From an uncultured Candidatus Saccharibacteria bacterium (lineage in GTDB: Bacteria > Patescibacteriota > SICC01), in NCBI GenBank assembly GCA_964525455.1, contig CAZGHP010000003.1, forward strand, positions 1 to 58,799: a stretch of 58,799 bases of DNA, written 5' to 3'. Made by a program: the position numbers and the translations under genes. Positions within the stretch are counted from its first letter, which is position 1, and every line of letters begins with the position of its first letter. A model generated the notes under the pieces. The model was not told the DNA's origin. It worked only from the letters and a program-made list of their open reading frames with translations, and ran no database searches. Of the stretch, positions 26,526-35,245 are shown piece after piece.

Positions 26526-27904
26526 TGGCGCCGCCGGTGACCGAACTTCGGGGACGGCGGGTAGCCGTGGTCGGCGCGGGACGGGAGGGCGTCTCGTCGG
26601 CGGCCTGGCTCATCCGGCAGGGCGCCCGCGTGACGGTCTGTGACCGCCAGGATCGCCGTGCGCTGGGCGACACCTATCGGAAGCTTTCCCGGCAGGGCGT
26701 TACCGACTGGCGCCTGGGGCCGAAGTACCTCGACGGTCTCACCGGCTTCGACGTCGTCGTGCGGACCCCGCTTCGGCCGTACCTGAGTCCGGAGATCCAG
26801 CGGGCGAAGCGCGCGGGGGTTACGGTCACCTCCCAGACCAAGCTGTTCTTCGAGCGTTGTCCGGCACCGATCATCGGCGTGACCGGGACCAAGGGGAAAG
26901 GCACGACCGCCTCGCTGCTGGCGGCGATGCTCAAGACGGCGGGTAAACGGGTCCACCTCGGCGGCAATATCGGAACGCCGGCCCTGGGTTTCCTCGGCCG
27001 GGTGAAGCGGGGAGACATCGTCGTCCTGGAACTCTCCAGCTTCCAGTTGCAGGACCTGGACCGTTCGCCGGCCGTGGCCGTGGTGACCAACGTCACCGCG
27101 GACCATCTCGACTATCATGCGACCGTCCGGGAGTACCGGAGCGCCAAACGGGCGATCACCAAGTACCAACGCCGCACCGACATCGCGGTCCTTAACGCGG
27201 ACGACCCCGGCAGCCGTCCCTTCGCCAGGGACCCGGGGCGTGTGCGATGGTTCTCGGCGCGGAAACCGCAACGCGGCGGCGGGGAGTTACGGGATGGGTG
27301 GATCACCGTACGCGGCAAGCGGGTGCTCCGTGCGACCGAGCTGCTCCTCCCCGGCGAGCACAACCTGCAGAACGCGCTAGCCGCTTGCCTGGCCGCCGAG
27401 GCGTTCGGAGCGGGACCGCGGGCGATGGGGAAGGCGATCAAGGCGTTTCGCGGATTGCCGTATCATATGGAATACCTCGGCACCAAGGGCGGCGTACGGT
27501 ACTTCAACGATTCGTATGCGGCGCACCCGGTAGCGGCCATTCCGGCGATCGTCAGCGTGGACACGCCGCTGGTATTCATCGCCGGCGGAAAGCACAAGAA
27601 GCTCGACTTCGGCGAGCTGGCTCGGACGTTGTTGCGCAAGGAAGTCCGGGCCGTCCTGCTGATCCCGCCGGAAGGCCGGCGTATCGCGACGGCGATCCGG
27701 CAGGCGTATCAAGCGTCCGGAAGGCCGGTGCCTCCGTTGGTCCCCCTTGCCCGGAAATCACGGATCGTGCCGGAGGCACGACGCCACGCCCGTCCCGGCG
27801 ATACAGTGCTCTTCTCGCCCGCTACTTCGAGCATGGGGTGGTTCACCGATTTCATCGACCGGGGCGAATATTTTTCCCAGCACGTCCGAGGGCTTCCGCG
27901 CTAG
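26525..27904 (+). CDS. murD: UDP-N-acetylmuramoyl-L-alanine--glutamate ligase (MurD family)
   Basis: Rossmann N-terminus (RRVAVVGAGREGVSSAAWL), Mur ligase P-loop GVTGTKGKGTTASLLA, and central/C-terminal Mur ligase domains (NVTADHLDYH, PGEHNLQNALAA). Start set at MAPPVTEL. The ORF-track N-terminal extension is Arg/Pro junk in the same frame. Confidence 0.9.
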   Translation: MAPPVTELRGRRVAVVGAGREGVSSAAWLIRQGARVTVCDRQDRRALGDTYRKLSRQGVTDWRLGPKYLDGLTGFDVVVRTPLRPYLSPEIQRAKRAGVTVTSQTKLFFERCPAPIIGVTGTKGKGTTASLLAAMLKTAGKRVHLGGNIGTPALGFLGRVKRGDIVVLELSSFQLQDLDRSPAVAVVTNVTADHLDYHATVREYRSAKRAITKYQRRTDIAVLNADDPGSRPFARDPGRVRWFSARKPQRGGGELRDGWITVRGKRVLRATELLLPGEHNLQNALAACLAAEAFGAGPRAMGKAIKAFRGLPYHMEYLGTKGGVRYFNDSYAAHPVAAIPAIVSVDTPLVFIAGGKHKKLDFGELARTLLRKEVRAVLLIPPEGRRIATAIRQAYQASGRPVPPLVPLARKSRIVPEARRHARPGDTVLFSPATSSMGWFTDFIDRGEYFSQHVRGLPR

Positions 27905-29202
27905 CGTTTCAGGAAACGCTTGAGCGAAGCGAGGTAAGGAGGCGGCATCGCATGGGGACGGAAACGGCGGTAGTCATACCGCGGCGGTGGGAAACGGAAA
28001 CGGTCCAGCTCGGGGTAGTTCCCGCTCCGTCTGGCGAACGTGACCGCTGCCCGCACTTCCCGGATCTCGCCGACGCACTCGAACGGCTTGGTGCCCGTGA
28101 TTCCCAGCAGCTCCCGGAACGTCGTGTCCAGGGCCGGCTGCTCGAACAGGTTACGACCGCCGAACAGCGCGAGGAGGCGCTCCCGCGTTACGAAGGGTGA
28201 GAAAAGCGCGAAGACGAACGCGCACTTGGGACATTCGCCGCACCACCCGAGGGATTTCCTGCGGCCGGACAGTTTGAAGTTGCGGTTGCAGGAAGAGAAA
28301 GCGCCGGCGTAGGTCTCCAGGTACCGTTCGCAGAACACTTCCGCGATCGCCAGTTCGCTGAGCGGCCGCAGTACCGAGAAGCAACGGAGGTCGGGGGACA
28401 CGTACCGGCGCAGGTATTGCTGGAATCGCCGCTCGTATACGAGTGATTTCGAGTACTGGTGGTTGATCGGCCGTCCACGGTAGGTGAGGTTCGGTTCGTT
28501 CGCGGAGGATTCGTTGGCGAAGACCACGTCCTTCCGGCCGGTAAGGATGGCGGTGACCGTCGCCAGGAACATCAGGATACCGGTGATCGGGACGTGGCCG
28601 TTATAGGCTCCCTGGCGGTTGGCCGCGCCGATGTTCGGGGCGACCGTCCGGTCGACGTGGAGGTGCGGTGCACCGATGGCTCGTACCAACGGGGCGATCC
28701 GGCCTCCCGTACGTACGTTCCAGGTCGCGAATTCCCGTCCGGAAGACCGCATCAACTCCGCCGCGACGATCGAATCCTTCCCGCCGCCGATCGGCACCAC
28801 GGCCCCCTTCAATCCGGGCAATCGGACCGGCCGGTCCGGCGTGCGTGCCGATCCTTCGAAGGCCGGCGCCCGCGGGCGGAGCCGGTTCCGGTAAAAGAAT
28901 TCTCCCAGCCCGTGTTCGTAGGATTCGGCGAAGAAGGCGGCCTGGCCGGGCGACAGCCGGCCTTCCCGCAGCCGGATCTTCGGCGGTACGTACGTCTTGT
29001 AGTACGAGACGCCGGCCATCAGGAAGAGACCGAACAACGCCCGCTCCAACGCCGGCCGGGAGTAGCCGGCCACGAAATCAAAATCGAACCGGAACGATTC
29101 GGTGAACCGGACGGAATCATCCAGGGCGTACTGCAGCGTCAACCGGCGGCTGTCCGGGTCGAACCGGTATCGCTCGAAACTGAATGTCTGGAACCGCGGC
29201 AC
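27901..29202 (-). CDS. PP-loop (adenine nucleotide alpha-hydrolase)-like protein with a C-terminal Cys cluster; possible MurL-type UDP-MurNAc-L-Ala-L-Glu epimerase
   Basis: PP-loop-like AVVPIGGGKDSIVAAELM, then C-terminal CNRNFK...WCGECPKCAFVF. Convergent with murD, overlapping it by 4 nt. The MurL assignment is a hypothesis based on domain logic and gene context. Confidence 0.5.
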   Translation of the reverse strand: MPRFQTFSFERYRFDPDSRRLTLQYALDDSVRFTESFRFDFDFVAGYSRPALERALFGLFLMAGVSYYKTYVPPKIRLREGRLSPGQAAFFAESYEHGLGEFFYRNRLRPRAPAFEGSARTPDRPVRLPGLKGAVVPIGGGKDSIVAAELMRSSGREFATWNVRTGGRIAPLVRAIGAPHLHVDRTVAPNIGAANRQGAYNGHVPITGILMFLATVTAILTGRKDVVFANESSANEPNLTYRGRPINHQYSKSLVYERRFQQYLRRYVSPDLRCFSVLRPLSELAIAEVFCERYLETYAGAFSSCNRNFKLSGRRKSLGWCGECPKCAFVFALFSPFVTRERLLALFGGRNLFEQPALDTTFRELLGITGTKPFECVGEIREVRAAVTFARRSGNYPELDRFRFPPPRYDYRRFRPHAMPPPYLASLKRFLKR

Positions 29203-29296
29203 CGCCCCAGTGTAGCAGCGATTCCCGGCAGGAATGGTTGTTCAGGCCGTACAATAGATACCGGGATCAGGGCGGTATCGCCCCCCGCTGTCCAAC

Positions 29297-29325
29297 TTGC
29301 TTATTCGAGATTCACTGAGTATGCT
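29297..29325 (+). promoter_or_regulatory. Possible sigma70-type promoter (TTGCTT-17-TATGCT)
   Basis: Hexamers at 29297-29302 and 29320-29325, 21 nt upstream of CDS 29347. Confidence 0.3.
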
Positions 29326-29346
29326 ACGGTGTCGTAGGTACGACCG

Positions 29347-29979
29347 ATGACGAACGAACAACTCACCATCCTCTTCGGTTCCAAGACCCGCGTGAAGCTC
29401 CTTCGGCACTTCCTGAAGGACCCCGGGCAGAAGTATTACGTCCGTGAACTGACGCGGATGCTGGCGGACCACATCAACGCGATTCGGCACGAGCTCGGCA
29501 ACCTCGAGACCGCCGGCTTGGTGACCAAGAAGAAGAGCCAGGGCAAGCTCTACTACCGGCTCGACCAATCCGCACCGGGGATTAACGAGCTCCGGCTGCT
29601 GTTCGCCGGTGAGAGTCGCCCCGCGGAACGCGAGGACGTCGCGCAGCGGCAGGTTCTCGGTACCCTGCCGGGCGAACCGACGCCGCCGCCCTCGATCGGC
29701 AGCGTCAAATTGCTGGTCCAGAACGGCAAATTCGTAAGCTCCAAGGAGGCCCCGGCCGACCTTCTGGTGGTCGGCGAACCGGACGAGGACCTCTTCTCCG
29801 ATTACCTCAAGGGACTTCAGAAGAAGCATGGTGAAATCCGCTATACGATCATGAGCGAGACGGAATTCGCCTACCGTACCCAGCTGTTCGACCGCTTCCT
29901 CACGCTGATGCTCTCCGATCCGAAGAAAGTCGTGATCGACGAGCTGAACATCCAGATCCGGCAGCTCGTCAAGAACTGA
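29347..29979 (+). CDS. Winged-helix (ArsR/MarR-like) DNA-binding protein with an uncharacterised C-terminal domain
   Basis: The N-terminal 75 aa (LFGSKTRVKLLRHFLKDPGQKYYVRELTRMLADHINAIRHELGNLETAGLVTKKKSQGKLYYRL) have a classic wHTH pattern. Confidence 0.6.
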   Translation: MTNEQLTILFGSKTRVKLLRHFLKDPGQKYYVRELTRMLADHINAIRHELGNLETAGLVTKKKSQGKLYYRLDQSAPGINELRLLFAGESRPAEREDVAQRQVLGTLPGEPTPPPSIGSVKLLVQNGKFVSSKEAPADLLVVGEPDEDLFSDYLKGLQKKHGEIRYTIMSETEFAYRTQLFDRFLTLMLSDPKKVVIDELNIQIRQLVKN

Positions 29980-29980
29980 A

Positions 29981-30406
29981 TCAGAGCGCAGTCAGGTACC
30001 ACGCCGCCGCCACCGTCACGGCGAGCTGCGGCCAGAGCCCGTACCGCAGCGGCACCTCCCAGTGGAGCGCGCCGTGGAAGCGTTCGTATCCGCGGAGCCA
30101 GCGGACGCGGAACAGGAACCGGATGCCGAGCAGGATGTCCGGGGCCGTACCGGCGAACGCCCCGATCGCGATCTCCGGCCGGTCGGGGAACGCGAACCAC
30201 AGGAACACGGCCACGGCTTCCGCCGCGACGAAGTCGGCGATCACGAACGCGTAGAGCGTCTTGGAGCGGAACGGGAAGTTCGGGTTCCAGTGCGGGAGGA
30301 CGTCTCCCGCGAAGTGCGAGGCGAGCGCGGCCGGCACCGCCGCCGCCGGATTGCCGGTAGCCGCCCCGACGGCCGCGCCGACGACGCTGTGGGGCGTCTC
30401 AAGCAT
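29981..30406 (-). CDS. Hypothetical membrane protein (141 aa)
   Basis: Four hydrophobic segments with conserved-looking His/Asp residues (HFAGDVLPHW). Possibly YdjM/DUF457-like. Weak call. Confidence 0.35.
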   Translation of the reverse strand: MLETPHSVVGAAVGAATGNPAAAVPAALASHFAGDVLPHWNPNFPFRSKTLYAFVIADFVAAEAVAVFLWFAFPDRPEIAIGAFAGTAPDILLGIRFLFRVRWLRGYERFHGALHWEVPLRYGLWPQLAVTVAAAWYLTAL

Positions 30407-31118
30407 TCCGTGCGGTTCGCGTGAGCATCACGTACGACAGCAGGCGGTGGTCATGGTTCCGCCGGCTGGAGAAGAGGTCGTCGCCGTGGTAGGTGCAGCG
30501 GGCATCTGCCTCGATCCGGCGGATCCCGACCGAGCCGGCCTGGTCGGTCAACAGCCCGAGCAGCGAGTAGAATTGCCTGTCGCCGCGGGTGCTGAGGTGC
30601 TGCTTGGCGTCGGGGTAGGACTCCAGGAGCCGCAGGTTCCGCTCGGACATCGTGTAGCAGGAGGAGCAGATGTGCGGCCCGAAACGGACATGGAGGTCTT
30701 CGGGACGGACCTTATAGTGCCGCCGCATCGTCCGGACGGCGCGCGGGAAGACCTGTTTGAGCGCTCCCGCCATGCCGGCATGGACGATTCCCACCGCCTC
30801 CGGGGACTCCAGGAACACCGGTACGCAGTCCGCCGTGCGGACGGTCAGCAGTACGTCGGGCCGGTCGGTGACCAACGCATCGGCACGTCCCAGGTTTCCG
30901 GTCTCCGAGTCGCCGACCACCAGGACCTGGGCGCCGTGCACCTGCTCCGTCCAGACGGTGCGCTCCGGCCGTTGCCCGTGGCGTCGGGCGAGGAGCGAGC
31001 CGAGCCGCTCCAGCTGTGCCGGGAGCCGTTCCAGCGACCAATCGCCGTCGGAGCGGCTGGTCGTGCCGGAGACCACGTGGCTGGTTGATGTCGCGATAGT
31101 CATGGTTCCACGATACAT
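30399..31118 (-). CDS. YfiH/PgeF (DUF152, laccase-domain) family protein
   Basis: ADALVTDRPDVLLTVRTADCVPVFL, GIVHAGMAG and C-terminal CTYHGDDLFSSRR match the family's His-Cys-His site. The start is uncertain (31118 or 31103). The track start at 31202 would overlap the divergent neighbour. Confidence 0.7.
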   Translation of the reverse strand: MYRGTMTIATSTSHVVSGTTSRSDGDWSLERLPAQLERLGSLLARRHGQRPERTVWTEQVHGAQVLVVGDSETGNLGRADALVTDRPDVLLTVRTADCVPVFLESPEAVGIVHAGMAGALKQVFPRAVRTMRRHYKVRPEDLHVRFGPHICSSCYTMSERNLRLLESYPDAKQHLSTRGDRQFYSLLGLLTDQAGSVGIRRIEADARCTYHGDDLFSSRRNHDHRLLSYVMLTRTARNA

Positions 31119-31151
31119 CAGCCGGGAATCCGCGATATACTGGGCGGTGCG

Positions 31152-31793
31152 ATGGATATCACCTGGCACGGCCATTCCTGCTTCACGGTCAAGGACAAGC
31201 ATGTGGCGGTGGCGATCGATCCGTTCACCGATATCGGCCTGAAGGATCCCGCGCTTACCGCCGACATCCTGCTCGTCTCACACGACCACTTCGACCACGC
31301 CAATACGGCGGCGGTCGCTGGCGACCCCTACGTGGTGGACACGCCGGGCGAATACGAGTCGCACGGCGTGATGATCGAGGGAATCCCGACGTTCCACGAC
31401 GCCAAGCAGGGCGCCGAACGCGGGCGGAACACCATCTTCTCGTTCCGGATCGGCGGGACGCACCTCGTGCATCTCGGCGACCTCGGGCACACCTTGGGCG
31501 AGGATACCGTCGAGCGACTTGGCGACGTGGACATCCTTTTCGTCCCGGTCGGCGGTCACTTCACGATCGACGCGAAAGCGGCCGCGGAAGTGGTCAAGCG
31601 GGTCCAGCCACGGATCACGATTCCCATGCACTACCAGGTACCGAAACTGAAGGTCAAGGAGCTGAAGCCGGTGGACGCGTTCCTCAAGGAAGTCGGCGGC
31701 AAGGTGCGGAAACTCGATCAGAAACTCTTCAAATTGAAACCGGCAGACCTACCCGAAGACGATTCGCTGGTAGTCGTTTTCCCGAACCCTTAA
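31152..31793 (+). CDS. MBL-fold metal-dependent hydrolase (UPF0173-like)
   Basis: ITWHGHSCF...IDPF...ADILLVSHDHFDH...HLGDLGH pattern. A TATACT -10-like box lies 10 nt upstream of the ATG. Confidence 0.75.
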   Translation: MDITWHGHSCFTVKDKHVAVAIDPFTDIGLKDPALTADILLVSHDHFDHANTAAVAGDPYVVDTPGEYESHGVMIEGIPTFHDAKQGAERGRNTIFSFRIGGTHLVHLGDLGHTLGEDTVERLGDVDILFVPVGGHFTIDAKAAAEVVKRVQPRITIPMHYQVPKLKVKELKPVDAFLKEVGGKVRKLDQKLFKLKPADLPEDDSLVVVFPNP

Positions 31794-31815
31794 TCGGTTA
31801 CAATCGAAAGCACAG

Positions 31816-32487
31816 ATGAACCACCCGCATACCAATCCGACGCCTCCGAGCCAGCCGTCCGTCACCCAGCATGCCGTCGAGACCTGGAAGCTGGCGCACC
31901 GGTTCACACTCGACCTCTACAAGGTCTCCGGGCGGTTGCCGCACGACGAGCGGGACGGCCTGGTGCGTGCGATCCGGACGAACGCGGTCAAAGTCGCTTC
32001 GAACATCGTAGCGGGACATGCGAGGAAACAGGATGTGTCGTTCGCCGGGCATGCCACTGATGCGGCGGCGGCGCTGGAAGAGACCAAATACGTCTTACTG
32101 GTATGCCGTGACCTCGGCTACCTGGCCGAAGTGACCTATGACCGGCTGATGACGGATGCGGAACTGCTCACGGAAGGGCTCGAGGAGCTGAGGAACCGCC
32201 TGGAATCGGGCGGTGCCGCGCCGACCGCCGTGCCATCTGCCGCCGCACCCGGATCCGCCGGGCCCGCGTCGGCCGGCGATGAGCTGCCGTTCATGCCGGC
32301 GGACCGTCGTACGTTCGCTACGACCAAAGGCGTCGGTTCCGCGGTGAAAGACCTATGGGGGTGGCTCCGCGGCGCATCCGGGCGGATCTCCGGTAAGAAC
32401 GAGAACCTCGAAGGCCGTATCTGGACGGAAGATGCGGGCACGCCGAACTACCTCGAGCAGCCCGACGACGAGCTGGCACGACGGTAA
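31816..32487 (+). CDS. Four-helix-bundle protein (23S rRNA intervening-sequence protein family) with an Ala/Pro/Gly-rich C-terminal extension
   Basis: WKLAHRFTLDLYKVSGRLPHDERDGLVRAIRTNAVKVASNIVAGHARK...LEETKYVLLVCRDLGYL is the family pattern. Confidence 0.7.
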   Translation: MNHPHTNPTPPSQPSVTQHAVETWKLAHRFTLDLYKVSGRLPHDERDGLVRAIRTNAVKVASNIVAGHARKQDVSFAGHATDAAAALEETKYVLLVCRDLGYLAEVTYDRLMTDAELLTEGLEELRNRLESGGAAPTAVPSAAAPGSAGPASAGDELPFMPADRRTFATTKGVGSAVKDLWGWLRGASGRISGKNENLEGRIWTEDAGTPNYLEQPDDELARR

Positions 32488-32530
32488 GAAGTCACGCCGG
32501 AAAAATCCTCGCCGGCGCCTGCCAGGGGCG

Positions 32531-32869
32531 CTATTTCTTCGCGGCAGGTTTCTGCGCGGCGGTCTTCGCGACCACGCTCTTCTTCGCCGGCTTCGCCACC
32601 GGTCGTTTCTTCGGTTTGGTTTCCGGACGCGGCTTGCCCAGCTTGGTGAGGGTCCGTATCGTCTTGGCGTCGAGCTTCACGCGAATCAGCTTGCCGTCCA
32701 CCAGCAGCCGGGTCTTCTGGAGATTCGGCCGGAAGAGCCGCTTGGTCTTGTTCTGGGCGTGCGAGACGTTGTGGCCGGACCGCGGCCGTTTCTCGACGAC
32801 GCCGAGCTTGGCCAACGCCCGCCGCTTGGCGGGACGCCGGTTGTTCCGCGGATGTGCTGAAGTACGCAT
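32531..32869 (-). CDS. rpmB: 50S ribosomal protein L28 with N- and C-terminal basic extensions
   Basis: Core RPRSGHNVSHAQNKTKRLFRPNLQKTRLLVDGKLIRVKLDAKTIRTL matches L28 (G.NVSHA.NKTKR.F.PNLQ). Lys/Ala/Pro-rich tail of about 40 aa. The start at 32869 is uncertain. Confidence 0.8.
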   Translation of the reverse strand: MRTSAHPRNNRRPAKRRALAKLGVVEKRPRSGHNVSHAQNKTKRLFRPNLQKTRLLVDGKLIRVKLDAKTIRTLTKLGKPRPETKPKKRPVAKPAKKSVVAKTAAQKPAAKK

Positions 32870-32916
32870 ACCGGAATAGTATACCGTGCCGGTAGCGGAC
32901 AGGTACACTGGAACCC

Positions 32917-33594
32917 GTGACCGGCATCTTCATCCTTGATTACCTGACCGCTGCGCCCCTGGACGCGCTGTTCGTGCTGATCGCGATCATTATCGCACTC
33001 ACCGTGCATGAGTTCGCGCACGCTTGGGTGGCGTCGCGGCAGGGCGACCAGACCGCGCGGATGGCCGGCCGCGTCTCGCTGAACCCGGTGGCGCACCTCG
33101 ACGTAGCCGGCTCCTTCCTGTTCCTGGTGGCCGGGATCGGGTGGGGCAAGCCCGTGCCGGTGAATCCGTACCAGCTCAAGGACGGCCGGCTCGGCGACTT
33201 CTACGTCTCGATCGCGGGCATCGTCACGAACCTGATCGTCGCGTTCATCTTCGCGATCCCGTTCCGGCTGCTCGATCTCACCGGCGGTGACCTCACCGCG
33301 GCGAACGAGGTGTGGCTCCGGTTCGCGACGATCGTCACGGACATCAACATCCTGCTGGCGGCGTTCAACCTGCTGCCAATCCCGCCGCTCGACGGTTCGA
33401 AGGCGATCGGCATCTTCGTGCCGCGGCGGCTCCAGCCGGCGTACCAGGAGTACCTCCGCGTCGGGCCGGTGCTCCTGGTCGGTATCTTCCTGTTCGCGAT
33501 TGCCTTCAACTCGCGGATTCTCGGCGTGATCCTGGATCCGATCCTCGCCGTCTTCAGCTACTTCGTGAAGGCGTTCCCGGCGGGGTTGGTGTAG
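32917..33594 (+). CDS. Site-2 protease family (M50) zinc metalloprotease
   Basis: HExxH in a TM helix (LTVHEFAHAWVA), NLLPIPPLDGSK (the LDG motif) and six hydrophobic helices. GTG start with a TACACT box 7 nt upstream. Confidence 0.85.
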   Translation: MTGIFILDYLTAAPLDALFVLIAIIIALTVHEFAHAWVASRQGDQTARMAGRVSLNPVAHLDVAGSFLFLVAGIGWGKPVPVNPYQLKDGRLGDFYVSIAGIVTNLIVAFIFAIPFRLLDLTGGDLTAANEVWLRFATIVTDINILLAAFNLLPIPPLDGSKAIGIFVPRRLQPAYQEYLRVGPVLLVGIFLFAIAFNSRILGVILDPILAVFSYFVKAFPAGLV

Positions 33595-33597
33595 CGA

Positions 33598-34482
33598 TCA
33601 GTTCTGGCGGGCCTGTTCCGTGTGGTCGGGTTCGGTCACGCGTTGCAGGATAGCAGCGACAAGCTGCTCGGAATCACTCTGTCCTTTGCCTTTCTCATAA
33701 TCCCGAATAACGAGGGCCAAGTGCGCGGCGAGGTCGGGTCGACCAGCTTCGACCAGCCGTTTCCCGATAAAGCATACGTTCCCCCGGGTTTCTTCTGGCT
33801 CCATCCGATGGATGGCGATAAGGTGGCCTACCGCTTCTTCCTCAGTAAGCGGTGTACGCGCTATCTCGCTTACGAATGATCGGGCGAGGTGGCTGACGTA
33901 TCGCTCGCGGCCGTGACGTTCCAAGATAGAGCCCGCGGCTTCCGCCGTCCGGGCATCCAGGCAGTCTCGGGCTTGTAACCTATCCAACAGGCCTTTCCCA
34001 TTGCAGATGATGATGCCGCGGGGCAGCTTGTCTTCGAGAGCGTCGAACGGTACCGGGCGGTATTGGCTCTTACCGAAATACATGCCGGCCGCCTGAAGCC
34101 TGTAAGTAACTGCCCTTTCTTCATCCAATTCACGAGAGCCTATCACTTCGGCCGTAGCCGCAGCGTACAGCCTCCTCCATTCCTCATTCCGCTCCAATGT
34201 GGGAGGGCTACCCTGCAACCAATCCACGCAGCGGTAGCTCCCGACGAGGCTTTCGGCAAGGGTGAGATCTCGCTCTAGTTCTCCGAAAGGAACATCGTTC
34301 ATCAACCGTTGGTATAGAATGCCGAGTCTGGCATCTAGTTTTTCAGCCAGTTCTTCCTCTAACCACTGCGCTTCTCCGGGCTCCAGAAACTCTCCATTCA
34401 AAGCATGAGCGCGGGTCTCAAGTTCCTGGAGGATTGCCTCAGCGTCTGTGCCGGCGGATGGGGTGTCTACTGGAGGAGCCAT
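33598..34482 (-). CDS. Hypothetical protein (294 aa), orphan
   Basis: Long ORF with ordinary, helical, acidic composition in lower-G+C DNA. No motif recognised. Confidence 0.55.
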   Translation of the reverse strand: MAPPVDTPSAGTDAEAILQELETRAHALNGEFLEPGEAQWLEEELAEKLDARLGILYQRLMNDVPFGELERDLTLAESLVGSYRCVDWLQGSPPTLERNEEWRRLYAAATAEVIGSRELDEERAVTYRLQAAGMYFGKSQYRPVPFDALEDKLPRGIIICNGKGLLDRLQARDCLDARTAEAAGSILERHGRERYVSHLARSFVSEIARTPLTEEEAVGHLIAIHRMEPEETRGNVCFIGKRLVEAGRPDLAAHLALVIRDYEKGKGQSDSEQLVAAILQRVTEPDHTEQARQN

Positions 34483-34728
34483 GTTATGTACGGTCAGTTA
34501 ATTAGCCGACCAATGTGTCACTACGGACAGCATAATCAAAATGTCTTTTGTAAGGAAATCCATAGGACATCGGCGGTGTCTGGCGCTAGAATGACCTTGC
34601 CCGACCGGTTGTATTGAACCTTCGTCAATACAACGGGAATCCTAGATTGTCGGTCGCCGTGGCGGCTACGACTGCGGACACCCACCTGGTCGCACCAGGT
34701 CTTCAATACCCGGTCCAGGGCACAAGGA

Positions 34729-34760
34729 AACCCCGGCGCTTCGCGAGAGGCGCCGGGGTT
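34729..34760 (-). terminator. Hairpin terminator downstream of tRNA-Pro
   Basis: Perfect 11-bp stem AACCCCGGCGC / GCGCCGGGGTT with a 10-nt loop. On the minus strand it follows the tRNA 3' end by 14 nt and is followed by TTTCCTTGT. Confidence 0.5.
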
Positions 34761-34774
34761 ATAGTTCCATGCTG

Positions 34775-34848
34775 TCGGGGCGGCCGGATTCGAACCGGCG
34801 ACCTCACGGCCCCCAGCCGTACGCGCTGCCAGACTGCGCCACGCCCCG
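34775..34848 (-). tRNA. tRNA-Pro (anticodon GGG)
   Basis: The reverse complement reads CGGGGCGTGGCGCAGTCTGGCAGCGCGTACGGCTGGGGGCCGTGAGGTCGCCGGTTCGAATCCGGCCGCCCCGA. Acceptor stem CGGGGCG/CGCCCCG. Anticodon stem TACGG/CCGTG around loop CT-GGG-GG. T-loop GGTTCGAATCC. CCA is not encoded. Confidence 0.9.
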
Positions 34849-34976
34849 TGCGTCCCATTATTGCACGGTTGATTGACGGCGGCCGTCTGCCCGCGTTACG
34901 CTGGTAACCTTTCGCGCACCGCGAAGGGCCGGACGGAAATCCGGAATCGGACCTCGACAGACGGGAGGAACCATCC

Positions 34977-35126
34977 ATGCCGGAGCGCGGTCACCATGAC
35001 GACTCCGAGACGGGCGCCGCGAACGTGAAGAAGACCATCATCCTCTTCGTGCTCACTGCTCTCGGATCCATCATCGTCTACGTCGCCCTGCTGCTTTCAG
35101 GTGCCATCAGTGTGTACGGCACCTAG
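34977..35126 (+). CDS. Candidate small membrane protein (49 aa), below the ORF-track size cut-off
   Basis: ATG preceded by a strong SD (GGGAGGA, 7-nt spacing). Product MPERGHHDDSETGAANVKKTIILFVLTALGSIIVYVALLLSGAISVYGT has a polar head and one long TM helix. Confidence 0.4.
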   Translation: MPERGHHDDSETGAANVKKTIILFVLTALGSIIVYVALLLSGAISVYGT

Positions 35127-35245
35127 GACACCCGCCACCCAGTCGCGTCGCGTCGGTCAGGATAGGAGATTTCGAAAGACTTCCACCCATCCTTACCCGC
35201 GACGCGACGTTTCACCTTCCGGCCATCGCGGTCCCGGTACGTCGG

